The position numbers were made by a program, and so were the translations under genes. The notes beneath the pieces are model-generated. The model saw nothing but the letters and a program-made list of their open reading frames with translations. It searched no databases and had not been told where the DNA came from. A DNA stretch of 64,000 nt. It comes from Octopus sinensis. Its lineage: Eukaryota. This document shows positions 23,901-35,439 of this stretch, one piece after another. Within the stretch, counting starts at the first letter, position 1. Every line of letters begins with the position of its first letter. The stretch covers positions 80,166,001 to 80,230,000 of the forward strand of contig NC_043006.1 in the NCBI RefSeq assembly GCF_006345805.1, in the 5' to 3' direction.

Positions 23901-24876
23901 TCTCTTCGCAGCTCTGTCGTCTTCCTCGTGCACAAATTGTTCCATCTTTAAGGTAATTCAGTTCATAAAGCAAGTTTACATATTTTATTTTGCATTCTCT
24001 TTTTTATAATTGTCATTTTACTTGTAACTACACCTTTTCTGTTTCAGGAGTTCATTTTGGCAGTCTTTGAAGGATCTTGTTTTATTTCTCGCATTTATTA
24101 CGTTTATTTTTTTCTCCAGTACTTATTCACCTTGTTTGATAGTTCTTCCTGTAGACTCGATAGCCGTTTTCTCTACAAACTACATAAAATCCCTCTGTGT
24201 TTTTCTCAGGTGCGAATGTAAGTGATCTAGTCCTATGTCCATGCTACTTATCATGTCAGGATGAGTTAGGGTCAATTTCCAATATATTTCATCTTGCCAT
24301 GTCACCTTACTATCAGTTTTCCTGGAGCATAAAATAAATCCATACATGCCTAACAAAGCACAAAGCGCATAAAGTAAACAGGCAATTATAGCTTTCAGAT
24401 TCCAATTGAACAACCTTGTATCACCGAAAAATACTTTAACTGTCACAAAAACTGAGTGTACAATTATCTCTGCTTATAAAGGTTTACTAATGTCTAGCCA
24501 ATTGTTACTATTTCACAGTTTCGCTATTTACACCTAACGTCCCCCATTTTGACAATGGACTTCATCCTGATCTTACAGTGCTGCATACAAAACGTGTCTG
24601 TTTACCTGTTAAAATTTATAATGCACTGTTGGTAACTCTGCCCAATAATAATATTATATCATAATATACTCATAAAACAGGCATAATTTTAAAGAAAACC
24701 TTAATTTCCTAACACCAGTACTTCTTCGCCTTGTTTGATAGTTCTTTATGTAGACTCGATTACTGTTTCCACTACAAACTATATACAATCCCTTCTGTGT
24801 TTTTCTCGGGTGATTCTCTGTCGGAGCTCTGGTCGTATTTCCATGCCACTTATGGAGTTGGGGTGACTTAGGACCC

Positions 24877-24908
<32 letters not shown>

Positions 24909-24909
<1 letters not shown>

Positions 24910-25012
24910 GACGGGCTTCTTTCAGGTTCAGTTTCTGTTAACCAAATCCAATCACAGGCATTTGGTCGGCCCGATGCTATAGCAGAAGACACCTACCGAA
25001 GGTGCCACATGG
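24909..25012 (-). mobile_element. SINE family B fragment
   Basis: gacgggcttctttc...accaaatcca.tcaca.gcatttggtcggccc...gctatagcagaagacac. Confidence 0.7.
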
Positions 25013-25079
25013 ACATACCTGCGTCTTTCTCTCTCTTTTACTTGCTCACTCACTCTCTCTCTTTATAAATATATATATA

Positions 25080-25231
<152 letters not shown>

Positions 25232-26518
25232 ATATATATATATATATATACGAAAGAAGGTTTGAAAATGCAATTTAAAAGATGTTTATTTACTTAACCG
25301 GTTTCACTCTTTGGAAAAAGATTGTCAAAAGTAACATAGAATATTATGAATTCAAAAAAGTTTTTTTACATAATTGCCACATTGAATATTATGAATTCAA
25401 AGAAGTTTTTTTACATAATTGTCACATTACATGTATAAATATAGTCTTTGGTAACAGGGATATGTTAAGGGCATAAAGAAGTTCAACAGTGTGATGAGAA
25501 TATTTGGAAAAATTGGCAGAAAAGAATAAAACAAATATATTATTGGAAATTTGGTTGCGTTAATTATTGGTTGTTGCAAATTGTCACATTACATGTATAT
25601 ATATACAGTCTTTGGTAAAAAGGACATGTTAAAGACATAAGGAAGTGCAACAGTATGGTGAGAATATTTGAAAAACTGGCAGAAAAAATTAAAATTAAAA
25701 TGAGTATATTATACATCTCAGGGTCCGTACAGAATATTATGAATTGAAGGCGAGAGTTTGTTTACTGACCTGTTCCTTTTAGCAGAAATGTTGAATTGAG
25801 AAAAATGTACCCGTTTTGTTCTGTTTATGGCTTCCCTTCAAGCATCAATGATTTTGGGGTTATCATGAGGTGAGTGTGTGTGTCTCTCTCTGCGTGTGTG
25901 TGAATAGATGTGTCTGTGTGCCTGTAGTATCTGGTCAGATGGCGTCTGTTTGTCACACAAATATTATAATTCATTTCTCTCTGTCATACTGCCTTGGTTC
26001 TCGCGGTTAAAATATAATGTTTACTAGATAGACCACGTGGGTGGAAAAGGTTTGCAGAGATTTACGCCTGCGCATTTTGAATTTGTTGGCACTAGCAGTT
26101 GGAGCTGGTTCATTTGAAGCGACAAGTTCGCCAAGACGTAAAGTTCCTTCTTTTTAGTGTTTCCAAATCCAAATTAAGAAATTTTGAGCTGACGAAAGAA
26201 ATGCTGATTTTATTTGGCTAATCTTGAAACGTTGACGTACTCAAACGATCTATGTACTTGTGATATTTTTCTGTATTTACCTCCAAACCTTCGTGAGCTG
26301 TCTGGAGTAAACATTATCTGAGAGAAATTTTCTTTAAGTAGTAGAAATGGCTAAAAAATTTTATTTGGCTGCTATTTCTACTAAGTCCAGTATGTGGCAA
26401 AGTAATTTATTTTACTAAGCCCTAATTATATAATGTAATATTTTGAATTCGCCTTAAATGGTCCTTTTACATACTGAACACTTGGTGAAATTGATTAATT
26501 AATTCCACCCTCAATTGT

Positions 26519-26598
<80 letters not shown>

Positions 26599-26609
26599 CA
26601 TATACATAT

Positions 26610-26646
<37 letters not shown>

Positions 26647-26647
<1 letters not shown>

Positions 26648-26885
26648 GTAAATGTAATATGTGACAATTATTCGGTAGCCAAGATAAAACTCTGAGTTTC
26701 GGATGCCGAGGTGGAAATATACACTACCATCTCTTCAGTTACCCGGCCATCGGAAAAACGCTATGAAAAATGACCGTTATGCAAAGGGAAATTACTGTGT
26801 TATTATTGACCGCTATTTATACAAAAGAATCCGAAACTCTGTTTTATCATGGCTACCGAAAACTTTGTCACATATTACATTTACA
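26647..26885. mobile_element. MITE with ~58-bp terminal inverted repeats, between TA and CA microsatellites
   Basis: tgtaaatgtaatatgtgacaa...tttcggat (26647-26704) is inverted at 26829-26885. Confidence 0.75.
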
Positions 26886-26908
26886 CACACACACACACAC
26901 ACATACGC

Positions 26909-26992
<84 letters not shown>

Positions 26993-26993
<1 letters not shown>

Positions 26994-27287
26994 GGAGGAG
27001 ATCCCCTTCGGTTATGAAAGACCAAAGTTACCCTCCGAGGCACAAATCCGGGCAAGGTTGTTTATGGAAGGCGAGCAGCCGCTCATGCATACCAGCCTCC
27101 CTATCCACACCACTGCTGTTATCCAAGAGAAAGGCAAAGGCAACTCATTTCTACAGCTGAGTGAACTGGAGAAACGTGGAATAAAGAGTTTTGCTCAAGA
27201 ACACAACACGCAGCCTGGTCCGGGAATCAAACTCACAACCTCACGACTGTAAGCTCGACGCTCTAACTATTGAGCCATGCGCCTTCC
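26993..27287 (-). mobile_element. tRNA-derived SINE
   Basis: Minus head ggaaggcgcatggctcaatagttagagcg...gtgagtttgattcccggacc has A and B boxes. Confidence 0.8.
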
Positions 27288-27300
27288 CTATATATATATA

Positions 27301-27348
<48 letters not shown>

Positions 27349-27392
27349 CATATACATACATACAATATATATATATATCTATATATATATAC

Positions 27393-27428
<36 letters not shown>

Positions 27429-27459
27429 CGTGTGTATATATATATATGTACATATGCAT

Positions 27460-27512
<53 letters not shown>

Positions 27513-27937
27513 GGACCGCTTTTAAGCCAACTACTGTACAACCTTGGAAGCTCTCTTAGATTCAGCTTTTTCAGGTGTTTCTAATGCCACTTTTCTCCTC
27601 TTGGTAAGAGCATTTGACACTCTCCTGGATGCAGCTGGTTCAGAAGTTTGAGAGTCCCTAAGTATTTGCAAATTCCCAACATTGGAAGCTCTCCTGCTGC
27701 CGTTTGATCTACACGGGATTTTGTTTTCATTGTGTATGGTTTCACTTTCTCTTAGTCAATTTTACATCTAATATTTCGACATTTCCATTTCGTTTTACTT
27801 TTTCTTAACCTCCTGCTTTATTTTAATTTTAGGTCTTCGCCAGTGAGCGAAACCACACTATTAACCATCGCTTAGAATTATGTTTTTATATTTCGTTAAA
27901 TATTTTATGGCTGTGTTATAAGAAAATAGATAAGACA

Positions 27938-29125
27938 ATGCAGTGCCAATTAGAAAGATATGAGCATTTTCGATACCTGCTTCTCTTAGCTTTTAACCCA
28001 GGTTTCAAAATTGCTAAAGCGCCTCAGAACATTTGTACTGTGTACGGAGAAGGAATCTTTACTGAAAGAGCTGCACAAAAATGGTTTTCCCGCTTCCACC
28101 TCACAGACCCTCCGCGTTCCGATCAACCCGTTCAGTTCGTGGAGGCACATGGCCTAGTGGTTAGAGAAACAGACTCGCTGTCGGGGTATCACGAGGTTGA
28201 ATCTCAGACCGGATGATGTGTGTGTTTATGAGCGAAACGCCGAAGCTCCACGCGGCTCCAGCAGAAGGTAATGGCGAACTTCTGCTGACTTTTTCGCCAC
28301 ATCTTTCTCTCACTCTTTCCTCCTGCATCTTTAAGCTCACCTGCGACGGACCGGCGTCCCGTCCAGGTGGGGAACCTATATGCCAAGGAAACCGGGAAAT
28401 CGGCCATTATGAGTCAGGCATGGCTCGAGAAGGAACAAACAAAAAACAAAACCCGTTCTGTTCAAAGAAGATCGATTGAATGAGTTCACGCACAGAGATC
28501 AGCACTAATCCTCTGGGGAATTGGAATAGCAAATAGGATGCTTTCATGATATTTCACCAGTTGCTTTCAGTCGACGTGTAAGATCTAAAATCTTGGTGCA
28601 TGTGTGCCACACTCTCTGAACTAAAGAGTCAAGCTCCAGTGCTCTTCTTTCGCCGCCAGTTTGCTCGATGGTCAGACAGCTCGTGGACAAAAGCAGATAT
28701 TTCTTTACGATATCGTCTATTTAAATCGACACGACTGGTATTACAGCGTGCTTCTTCAACATATCAATGTTCCTTTCCACTAGGTAATTAATTTTACAAA
28801 TGCTTTACCAGAGTTTGGTTGTGAAATACTATCGCATCTACCGTATTCATCTGACACAATGCCCTCACATTATCATCTACCTCAGTCGCTTTCTAACAGT
28901 TCGCTAGACGACAAGGAACTGAAAACGTGGCTCGAAGAATTCTTCGAATCAAGACCTGGTGATTTCTACTGTTAAGGCAATTAATAAGCTAGTGGCACGT
29001 TGGCTAGAGATCGTAAACAAAGAAGGAGGATATATTATTGACTGATATGTTAAAAACGTTGATGGAAAATAAAGATTAAAATAAAATAAAAAAAGAAACG
29101 AACGAATTTACCTGACAACACGATA
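27938..29125 (+). mobile_element. mariner-like transposon remnant, interrupted by a SINE
   Basis: N-term MQCQLERYEHFRYLLLLAFNPG...YGEGIFTERAAQKWFSRF (mariner HTH); C-term ILSHLPYS...LKTWLEEFFESRPGDFY..INKLVARW..IVNKEGGYIID; TIR-like end at ~29095-29125. Confidence 0.85.
28139..28449 (+). mobile_element. tRNA-derived SINE (family D) with a 14-bp TSD
   Basis: TSD aacccgttcagttc (28125-28138) / aacccgttctgttc (28450-28463); head gtggaggcacatggcctagtggttag; A-rich tail. Confidence 0.9.
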
Positions 29126-29299
29126 TATTAAATCAATTTTAAAAGGAAAAGAACTAGACAGAAATCGTGAAATATTTTAATATAAACGAAGCAAATATAA
29201 GAACAAATAAAAGAAGCAAAGGAAAATGTCAGTCGATATAAAACATCATACTTATATAGTAACATTATGGTTACAACTGACAAAAGCAATTAATACGAA

Positions 29300-30220
29300 A
29301 AGAAGGAGCACTCTGCATTAAAAGCTGCATAGCAAAAGTCTGCGGACTCCAAAAAATATGGAAGTCAGGATTGTCTGCAGTTAGCAAGACAATATCTTAC
29401 AATGCACAATGCTTTTGTAGTTCCAGTGTTAGCACCATCGTTTGGGATGTTGCACTGGACGCTTGACGAGGTCCGCAGATTTAAGAATAGAAAGATACTA
29501 ACCATCACTGGTAACATCTACATTAACGGTCATACCGATAGGTCAATGGAAGACGAAAAGATGGTGGCAGAGGTATAAGGCCAGTTCAAACGGCTTTTGA
29601 ATGTCGCATTGTATCACTCAGACAACACCAGCTGAGCAGAAATGAGTACATTACATACATTCTCAAAAAGAAAATGTAATGCATGGGAACATACCGCATA
29701 AGCTAGAAGATAACAGTAGCATCAAGTACAAGAGTAGTATCTCCTGGACCTGTGAAGATACCTTACCATCCATTTAGAAGGATATGATTTCGCTGTTCAT
29801 GAATAGGAGATAACTACAAATTATCTGATAAACAAGCGAGAATAAGATCCATCAAACTTCCATATGATAGAAAATGCCAGTGGTGCTATACCAGTATGGA
29901 AGATATCAACTGCATTATCAGCAACTACCCCAAAATGTCTGCGTGATACTAGCTGCTCATATGACATAGTATAGTTGCAAAAACTATCTACGATGCAATA
30001 CACAGGAAGGATTGCTCTAGCGGATACATCAAAGGCATGTTAGAACAAGAATGCACTCACACCTTCTCAAACGAAGAATTTTGCAATAAAAGCTGTAATC
30101 CGGAGCAAACACAATTTACCCGACATTGTTCTGTAGGACAGGAAGAGAAGCCGTGAACAGTTGTAGAGGTCAGCTATTCAGCAAATATGAATGTACCATC
30201 AAAAGGTCAGGAAAAAGATT
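29300..30220 (+). mobile_element. Highly degenerate R4/Dong-like (RLE-type) LINE remnant
   Basis: Conceptual fragments NAFVVPVLAPSFGMLHWT..RKILTITGN..DR..RKDGGRGI, parallel to the better copy at 41225. Confidence 0.6.
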
Positions 30221-30417
30221 AATGCAAAACTAACAGCTCTCGTACACTAACTATAAAATTTCATTTGTACATTAGGTTATGTATATACAGATTTACGGGT
30301 TTCTCCAAATCCAGTTTATTAGTGAGAGAGTGAAGATCTGTCAGACATTATATATATATTTCGTTTTTGGATTTGGTTTGCAAGATTCTTTATGTGAGTT
30401 CGTGTGTTGAAGCATAT

Positions 30418-30599
30418 TCTGTTGTGTCTGGGGAGAGCCATTTTCTTTTTGTGCTTTATAATTTAACACACTCGCTGGTAAAATTTCCACTTATTCTTTA
30501 TTTTTATTTTCCTAAAATTTTCGTTGCGATTTGCAACCTTTTCAATAGTCTTGACTCTGTCCGTTATTTGCACTGCGTTCCGTTTTGTTTGTTTGTGCG

Positions 30600-30644
<45 letters not shown>

Positions 30645-30845
30645 ATGTGTGTGTATGTGCATGCGCACAAACAAACAAAAGGGAACGCATTGTAAATAAC
30701 GGACAGAGTCAAGACTATTGAAAAGGTTGCAAGACGCAACGAAAATTTTAAGAAAATAAAAATAAGGAATAAGTGAACATTTTACCGGTGAGTGTGTTAC
30801 ATTATAAAGCACAAAAAGAAAATGGCTCTCCCCAGCCACAATAGT
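30418..30845. repeat. Foldback with ~185-bp arms and a (TG)n loop
   Basis: 30418-30603 and 30661-30845 are reverse complements, about 90% identical by eye; explains the mirror-image ORF pairs in the track. Confidence 0.92.
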
Positions 30846-31041
30846 ATATATATATATATATAAATAATAAATATTAGGGAATAAATCCAAATTTACAGGG
30901 AAAAAATCAGATTTAGGATTAAATCCAATTTTATAGTAAAATATTATAAAATATTATTAGAGACAAAACCACTATTTTGCAAAACAAACAAGGAAAGACT
31001 TAATCAATACATAAAATTTTAATAAATAGTCAAAAAAACCG

Positions 31042-31084
31042 CCACTACAATTGTTTCTTGTCTTGATCGACAATCTTCAGGTGG
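31042..31084 (-). ncRNA. Minimal type I hammerhead ribozyme motif (left-arm copy)
   Basis: Exact reverse complement of 31143-31185. Confidence 0.8.
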
Positions 31085-31142
31085 ACTTCCAATAAGTCAG
31101 TTTCAAATTTGTGCGCATGTTTGAAACTGACTTATTGGAAGT

Positions 31143-31185
31143 CCACCTGAAGATTGTCGATCAAGACAAGAAACAATTGTAGTGG
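31143..31185 (+). ncRNA. Minimal type I hammerhead ribozyme motif (right-arm copy)
   Basis: ccac CUGAAGA ttgtc(gatcaa)gacaa GAAA caattg UA gtgg. 4-bp stem I, 5-bp stem II, palindromic stem III acaattgt, GUA cleavage after 31181. Confidence 0.8.
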
Positions 31186-31272
31186 CGGTTTTTTTGACTA
31201 TTTATTAAAATTTTATGTATTGATTAAGTCTTTCCTTGTTTGTTTTGCAAAATAGTGGTTTTGTCTCTAATA

Positions 31273-31339
<67 letters not shown>

Positions 31340-31984
31340 GTGTATACAAGCACGCACGCACACACACACAAAAAAATAGATATATCCATATTGATAAATA
31401 TGTAATTAGATATGTAATTAAAAGGATTGATTTAATTAGTGTGGTGTCAATTATTGATTGATGAACGTCTCTTGATATGTTTCGCATGACAAAAACTGAC
31501 GAACAATAAGGTCTTGCAGGAAGATGTGTGATCTCCGGAGGATTAACATGGACATCAAAACTTAAAGATATCGAAGACCAAGCGAAATGAACAAAAGTAT
31601 ACACTCGCTCGTTGCAGATTTAAGAGAAGTTTGGCATACATGTAAGAGCAAAAGAAATGTCACCAAACCCTCTTCGTACTAAGAATTATTGCTATTGGTT
31701 GACTTGTGAAACGGTTGACAGATCACCCAGATGGGAATCTATGATGAAAGGCATTCCGATAGAAATCAACAGGTCTCACATTCAAACAGTATATTTTAGA
31801 TTAGGTTATATAGGGCTTTCATCTTTCAAGGTATCAGAACATTAGATGAAAATTATCAGTCTGTTATTCTAGCAGGACAAGCGATTATATAGAAGTTAAA
31901 AGCATTTATATAGAGGATAGAAGACATCACGCTGGCTTCATTAATAAAGACTTTGCTCCATAGAAATCTTGTCGGAGGACATAA

Positions 31985-33976
31985 TTAATCAGACGCTTTG
32001 ATTGGGATATCCATTGATTGTTCAGTGGAAGAAACAATAGGCTCTTTTGTGGAGAATTTTGTAATTTTATGCAAATTCCGAAGAATACTGCGACGAACAG
32101 TCTTTGTTGATAGAAATGATATACAGATAAATAATCCAGCGAATGAGTTTAAAATACAAAATAACAGAGAAAATTCTTCAATACTTGTAAAGGTATATAG
32201 AAACGCAAATATCCATGTTGGTCCCGTGATAAAGAATAGTTTTATGCAAGCAATGAATTCGTCTTTATTATGTTTTGAGAAATATTTCGAAGAAAGTTTA
32301 CTAGTCAAATAGATTCCTCTAGCGGTGAGAATAAATGCAATGAAATTAAAGCATAATATAATCAGTACGGGTGTTGCAAAGAACCACAGCAGACTTTTTC
32401 TGTTTGTAATCCAGCAAATACCATTTCCATATTCTGGAGAAAGTTCATGTCGTCCTGGTGTGTACTCAAATATCAGTGATACTGTTACTAATACAAGTGG
32501 ACAGATCCAAGCGTACAAGGAATACAAGACAAGTTTCTTAGTACCTTTCTCTATATTTCGAATTTTTGTAAGTCCTGAGAAAATGTACCAGGTATCACAT
32601 GATATAATATTCATCCAGAAGAAAGTAGCAAGAAAGGAATAGTGCATGATAACTGCTAAAGATATACACAGCGCTGTAGATGATGTTACTTGTGATGAAA
32701 TAAGAAAGAGAAGCTCAGCTACAAACAGGGCTGATAAAAGACTAATGAGTAATTTACCTGGTAAGGTACGGAGATCAGGTATACAGAGATAGACTATGAT
32801 AGTGATTGCTAAAGCTGGAATAGAGATAATTAATCCCACTATTGTGATATAATATTCAGCAGTAGCATACTTTGCCATTAAAGTGGTATCATTCTTTACA
32901 CAGATACTTATTATACCTTGAGAATCACGAGTGAATTCTGATTGGTTCAGCAAACGTTGGGTATTATTTAAGTAGAGACGACCATCGTTGGTGATGTAAT
33001 ACTCAGATTCATTTAATGTGGTTGTCGTACAATTTAGTTGAGGATGGTAGATAACTTGTTGACATTGATTGGTATTCATAGCATAAAGAGCATGTGTTGG
33101 ACAGGAGGGTAGCTGCACAACAGAAACTTCCTTAAGCTGGTTATCTTTTACTACCAGTGAACTGGTATGATAATTAAAAAGCATAGTTAAAGAAAACTTC
33201 CGTGATTTAAGCTTTCGTTTTCGTTCATGATTGCAATAACTATTGATTTTGTTTCTTTTTAATCCATTGCAAGTAGCACAGTGTATGTTCCTGAATATAT
33301 TAACTTGATCTGTCACTAATGCCATGGGTTTAGACTCACATTTAAATCTTTGTTTTCTATTTATGTTATCTTGGGGACAATCCGAAATGTATGAAATACA
33401 GGAATACAAATATTTCTCCAAATCTTCTGAAGGAAGCTTCACAGTTGGCCTACATGTTCCCTCTTCGACATAACTGGTTATATTTTCGAAGCTGATATTA
33501 GAGATGAAATAGCAGTTATATAAAAGATTCCAAAGAATGAATTCCTCTCCATGACACAGAGCGCAATATAGGTTCCTATATAGTTTTTTACTTGTTTTAC
33601 CAAAAGCAGGAATGGATTGCAGTTGATCATCTGAATCAGGACTTTCACAGTTGTTTACATGCTCCGTAACATCATGGTTAGGTGGACAACGGTCAAATTG
33701 ATAATAATAAGAGTCATCAACCTTTCTACAACTGTAAGATATTGAAGGATAGGGTTGTTTGTGGTTAGATGCGGTTTTATTAATCTTATTAGAACAACAT
33801 TCATTGTAGAGGTAGCAGTCCGGACGACACGAACAACGATTATTGTTATTACTGGTATTATCAACGCATAAAGGTGGAGGACATCTCCGACGCGATCGTT
33901 TATTGTAAACTTTCATTTGAGACACCAAATATGGAAGCGAAAATATAACCATGAAAAATGGAAGAAAATTCCCCAT
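31985..33976 (-). CDS. Methuselah-like GPCR with SMB-like ectodomain, paralog 2 (663 aa from the ATG at 33976)
   Basis: The track ORF starts at a TTG (34012); the first ATG at 33976 gives signal peptide MGNFLPFFMVIFSLPYLVSQ; CSCRPDCYLYNECCSN motif; 7TM region collinear with paralogs 1 and 3. Confidence 0.9.
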   Translation of the reverse strand: MGNFLPFFMVIFSLPYLVSQMKVYNKRSRRRCPPPLCVDNTSNNNNRCSCRPDCYLYNECCSNKINKTASNHKQPYPSISYSCRKVDDSYYYQFDRCPPNHDVTEHVNNCESPDSDDQLQSIPAFGKTSKKLYRNLYCALCHGEEFILWNLLYNCYFISNISFENITSYVEEGTCRPTVKLPSEDLEKYLYSCISYISDCPQDNINRKQRFKCESKPMALVTDQVNIFRNIHCATCNGLKRNKINSYCNHERKRKLKSRKFSLTMLFNYHTSSLVVKDNQLKEVSVVQLPSCPTHALYAMNTNQCQQVIYHPQLNCTTTTLNESEYYITNDGRLYLNNTQRLLNQSEFTRDSQGIISICVKNDTTLMAKYATAEYYITIVGLIISIPALAITIIVYLCIPDLRTLPGKLLISLLSALFVAELLFLISSQVTSSTALCISLAVIMHYSFLATFFWMNIISCDTWYIFSGLTKIRNIEKGTKKLVLYSLYAWICPLVLVTVSLIFEYTPGRHELSPEYGNGICWITNRKSLLWFFATPVLIILCFNFIAFILTARGIYLTSKLSSKYFSKHNKDEFIACIKLFFITGPTWIFAFLYTFTSIEEFSLLFCILNSFAGLFICISFLSTKTVRRSILRNLHKITKFSTKEPIVSSTEQSMDIPIKASD

Positions 33977-34626
33977 TTTATAATGTATTAATACAGGCCA
34001 ATATAATCGCAAATTACAATTATATTTTCACAAGTTCTTTAGTTCCTTGATTTTTTTCTAGCACCAACTAAATAATACGAACGTTCGTGAAGTTTGTTAG
34101 ATCGAAGACACTGATATCAAATCCTGAACGTAAGGCAATCATTATTGATTGCATTGTTGCACTTGTATATTTTAAGCTTTGTGGACGTATCTGAAAAAAA
34201 GTAGAAAAAAGAAATAACATTAAACGGTATAATGAATGTGCGCACATATATGCAAACTATAAAATTCATGCATTTTGTATCGTAACATTTGTCATTTTAC
34301 ATAGAAAATACTTGCAACTGTGATTGTGGTTTTTAAATTAATACAATCTGCTTGGCAGCAACTGTTTATAACAAATGTACTGGTAAGAACTTTTCTTACA
34401 AAATATTATACGCCTCGATATTTTATGTTCTACTCCTATTATCTAAGAGACAAAAAAAACTTTTATTGCCGGCACAAAGGGCATTATGCTTGGATTACGA
34501 AGTTAAATGAAAATCTATTACGATATGTTTAAATGTACACTCTCAGAATTTCCTAATAATGTTTCCATACCAATATCAAATACTTTTTTAGATGGAGAAA
34601 TTATTGCAGAGAATATATGGAATAGC

Positions 34627-34881
34627 ATTTATTTATTTTTATTGTGCCCTTTTCAAGCCTAGCCAGGCTCATGGGCCCGGTTTCCCGGTTTCTATGGCGT
34701 ATGCGTTCCCCATCCCCCAGCTGGACGGGTCGCCAGTCCATCTCAGCGTTACTCAAGAAACAGGAACAAAGAGTGAGTGAAAGTTGGGGCGAAAGAGTAC
34801 AACAGGGGTCCTCCCCTGCCGGAGCCTCGTGGAGCTTTAGGTGAGTTCGCTGCCCTAACCACTGGGCCATTGCGCCTCCAC
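34627..34881 (-). mobile_element. SINE family D, internally deleted, with a 10-bp TSD
   Basis: TSD atggaatagc at 34617-34626 and 34882-34891; head gtggaggcgcaatggcccagtggttagggc. Confidence 0.85.
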
Positions 34882-35439
34882 ATGGAATAGCGTTACTACT
34901 ACTCAACTGGACAGTTGTTGCTTAGTGACAACTAACTGCTAAAAATGATAAAGACGACGATGACGACGGCATCAGTAATACCACAGACTTGCTTGTCAGT
35001 TGTTTGACCTTAAGCAGTTGAGTATGTCCTTAAGTGGCTGGCGATATGTGCATTTCTGATCACGTGCAGAAGTACTGGGAGAACATCATAGCCATGTGTG
35101 GAGAGAAATCTTTTGGGGTTTGAATAATTCACCTCTGGAGCCATGGGTGTGTCGTTCACCATCTTTAAGCAAAACTTATTCAGCAACCTTTTGAGCGGGT
35201 TAGGCTACCCGACCTGAAGAAGATTTTAACAGGGGCTCCACCTAAGAGGTCATGCTTTGTCACACACATATGGTTGTGATGCATGTGTCTGCTGTACCCT
35301 TATCAAACGAGTAGTCAAGATGAGTAAATTGGGCTTCGTACATTTGTATCCCAGTGTTATTTTGATGGCATGCATTGATACAACGAAAAGTTAAAATAGC
35401 TTACGATTTAAGAAAAAGAGATGGTCAGATAAATCATCT

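Larger units (their letters stand above)
30945..31282. repeat. Palindrome with apparently perfect 163-bp arms and a 12-nt spacer; probably inverted Penelope-like pseudo-LTRs
   Basis: Arms 30945-31107 and 31120-31282, spacer tttgtgcgcatg; no mismatch seen on reading. Confidence 0.92.

Noticed and set aside
26130-26330. Possible decayed PLE/hammerhead sequence (ctcacgaagg...)
   Set aside because: Core motif broken and no pairing stems identifiable
31998-32642. Plus-strand ORFs antisense to the receptors (also 52390-52794, 3463-3726, 5050-5337, 33655-33864)
   Set aside because: Shadow frames of the real CDSs; their mutual similarity follows from the paralogy
33977-34012. 12-residue N-terminal extension of receptor 2 in the ORF track
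   Set aside because: Starts at TTG; the ATG at 33976 gives a signal peptide aligned with the paralogs
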